A DNA stretch of 64,000 nucleotides, from contig OZ250173.1 of NCBI GenBank assembly GCA_965238075.1, forward strand, positions 2,304,001 to 2,368,000, written 5' to 3'. Below, in pieces: positions 62,763 through 64,000 of this stretch. The translations under genes and the position numbers were made by a program. The stretch comes from Candidatus Entotheonellaceae bacterium (lineage in GTDB: Bacteria > Tectomicrobia > Entotheonellia > Entotheonellales > Entotheonellaceae). A model generated the notes under the pieces. That model was not told the origin of the DNA and made no database searches. It saw only the letters and a program-made list of their open reading frames with translations. Each line of letters starts with the position of its first letter. Positions within the stretch are counted from its first letter, which is position 1.

Positions 62763-64000
62763 GTGCGGCTGAAACCACGACTGTTCATCCTGACCCTGGT
62801 CGCTGTTATGTCGCTGGCGTCTGCGGCCATTGCCGACCGAGGCGCCGACGGCCAGTTGAAAATGCTCTACTGGCAGGCGCCGTCCATCCTGAACCCGTTT
62901 CTGTCGGGCGGGACCAAGGACATCCACGCGGCGTCGCTGGTGCTTGAACCCCTGGCGCGCTATGACGAGAACGGCACCATGGTTCCGGCCTTGGCTGTGG
63001 AGATTCCAACCGTCGAAAACGGCGGCCTCTCGGCGGACCTCCTGTCCGTCACCTGGAGGGTGCGAGACGACGTGGTGTGGTCGGACGGAAGTCCGTTTAC
63101 CGCCGCGGACGTCGCCTTCACGGCGGCCTATTGCATGAACCCCGAAGGCGCCTGCAGCGCCGCCAGCCGGTTTCAGGACGTGACGGCCGTTGAGGCCGTC
63201 GATAGCCATACGGTGCGCATCACGTTCCAGGTGCCCACGCCGTTCCCCTACGTGCCGTTCGTCGGCTCGGTATCGCCCGTCATCCAGGAAAAGCAGTTCG
63301 CGGCGTGCACGGGCGCGCGAGCGCCGGAATGCACCGAGCAAAACTTCGGCCCGGTCGGCACCGGCCCCTTCAAGGTGCAGGAATTCCGCCCGAACGACAT
63401 CGTCCTGTACGAAATGAACGACCGGTACCGCGACCCCAACCAGCCGGCCTTCTCCTCGGTTCTGCTGAAGGGCGGCGGGGACGCCGTTTCGGCGGCGCGC
63501 GCCGTGCTGGAGACCGGCGAGTTCGACTACGCCTGGAATCTCCAGGTCGAGCCCGAAATCCTCGCCGCCATGGCTGCGGCGGGCAGGGGGGAGGTCGTCT
63601 CGGCCTTTGGCAGCATGGTCGAGCGCCTGGTGGTGCAGCTCACCAATCCCGATCCGGCGCTGGGCGACAAGCGGGCAACCTACCAGGACGGCGCCAATCC
63701 GCACCCGTTTCTGTCGGATGCGGCGGTGCGGCGCGCGCTGTCGATGGCGATCGACCGGGAAATCCTGGTTGCTGCCGGTTACGGGCCTGCCGGTCGGATG
63801 GCCTGCAGCGTGCTGCCGGCGCCGGCGATCTATGCCTCGACTGCTAACGACTGGTGCAAAACCCAGGATATTGCGGGCGCCAACAAGCTGCTGGACGATG
63901 CCGGCTGGGTGCGCGGCGCCGACGGCATCCGCACCAAGGACGGGGTCCGGCTTTCGATCCTTTACCAGACCTCGACCAATTCCGTGCGCCAGGGCACCCA
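62763..64000 (+). CDS. Peptide/nickel ABC transporter substrate-binding protein (family 5), truncated by the window end
   Basis: GAGGAG SD, GTG start, signal peptide, WQAPSILNPFLSGGTKD, WSDGSPFTAADV, GTGPFKV; no stop before 64000. Confidence 0.9.
   Translation, partial: MRLKPRLFILTLVAVMSLASAAIADRGADGQLKMLYWQAPSILNPFLSGGTKDIHAASLVLEPLARYDENGTMVPALAVEIPTVENGGLSADLLSVTWRVRDDVVWSDGSPFTAADVAFTAAYCMNPEGACSAASRFQDVTAVEAVDSHTVRITFQVPTPFPYVPFVGSVSPVIQEKQFAACTGARAPECTEQNFGPVGTGPFKVQEFRPNDIVLYEMNDRYRDPNQPAFSSVLLKGGGDAVSAARAVLETGEFDYAWNLQVEPEILAAMAAAGRGEVVSAFGSMVERLVVQLTNPDPALGDKRATYQDGANPHPFLSDAAVRRALSMAIDREILVAAGYGPAGRMACSVLPAPAIYASTANDWCKTQDIAGANKLLDDAGWVRGADGIRTKDGVRLSILYQTSTNSVRQGT

Overview
GC-rich chromosomal window from a diderm bacterium. 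The lipid A pathway, sigma54-driven glnB-glnA and several CaiB/BaiF, LLM and TauD enzymes suggest a Tectomicrobia/deltaproteobacteria-like lineage, but that taxonomy is inference only. 1-24 kb: glnB-glnA, CoA-transferases, TauD, an acetoin/pyruvate-type E1a-E1b-E2 operon, mutY, Ldh_2 and LLM oxidoreductases, a tRNA-Ile/tRNA-Ala pair with no rRNA, a DRG-like GTPase-acoX-like-selenoprotein operon, and pepA. 24-51 kb: a core superoperon (yceD-rpmF-plsX-fabD-fabG-acpP-fabF-rnc-ftsY-prfB-lolE-lolD-clpC-bamA-skp-lpxD-fabZ-lpxA-gnnA-like-lpxI-lpxB-DUF374-waaA...lpxK-lpxL). 51-64 kb: a decaying LPS/glycan accessory region, an Rpn nuclease, an orphan carboxyltransferase and a truncated ABC peptide-binding protein. 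Signals missed by the ORF track: (1) a UGA-Sec GrdB/PrdB-like protein with a SECIS hairpin; (2) a self-contained ~170-nt transcript with promoter, 15-nt perfect SD, 11-codon ORF and terminator; (3) two paralogous membrane-anchored QRFDA-repeat genes sharing promoter, 3' flank and a GGCTTTGCACAAA terminal inverted repeat, suggesting a MITE-like cassette; (4) a probable intragenic RpnS antitoxin; (5) the prfB programmed frameshift and rpmF. Five other single-site frameshifts, one in fabF, may be assembly errors.
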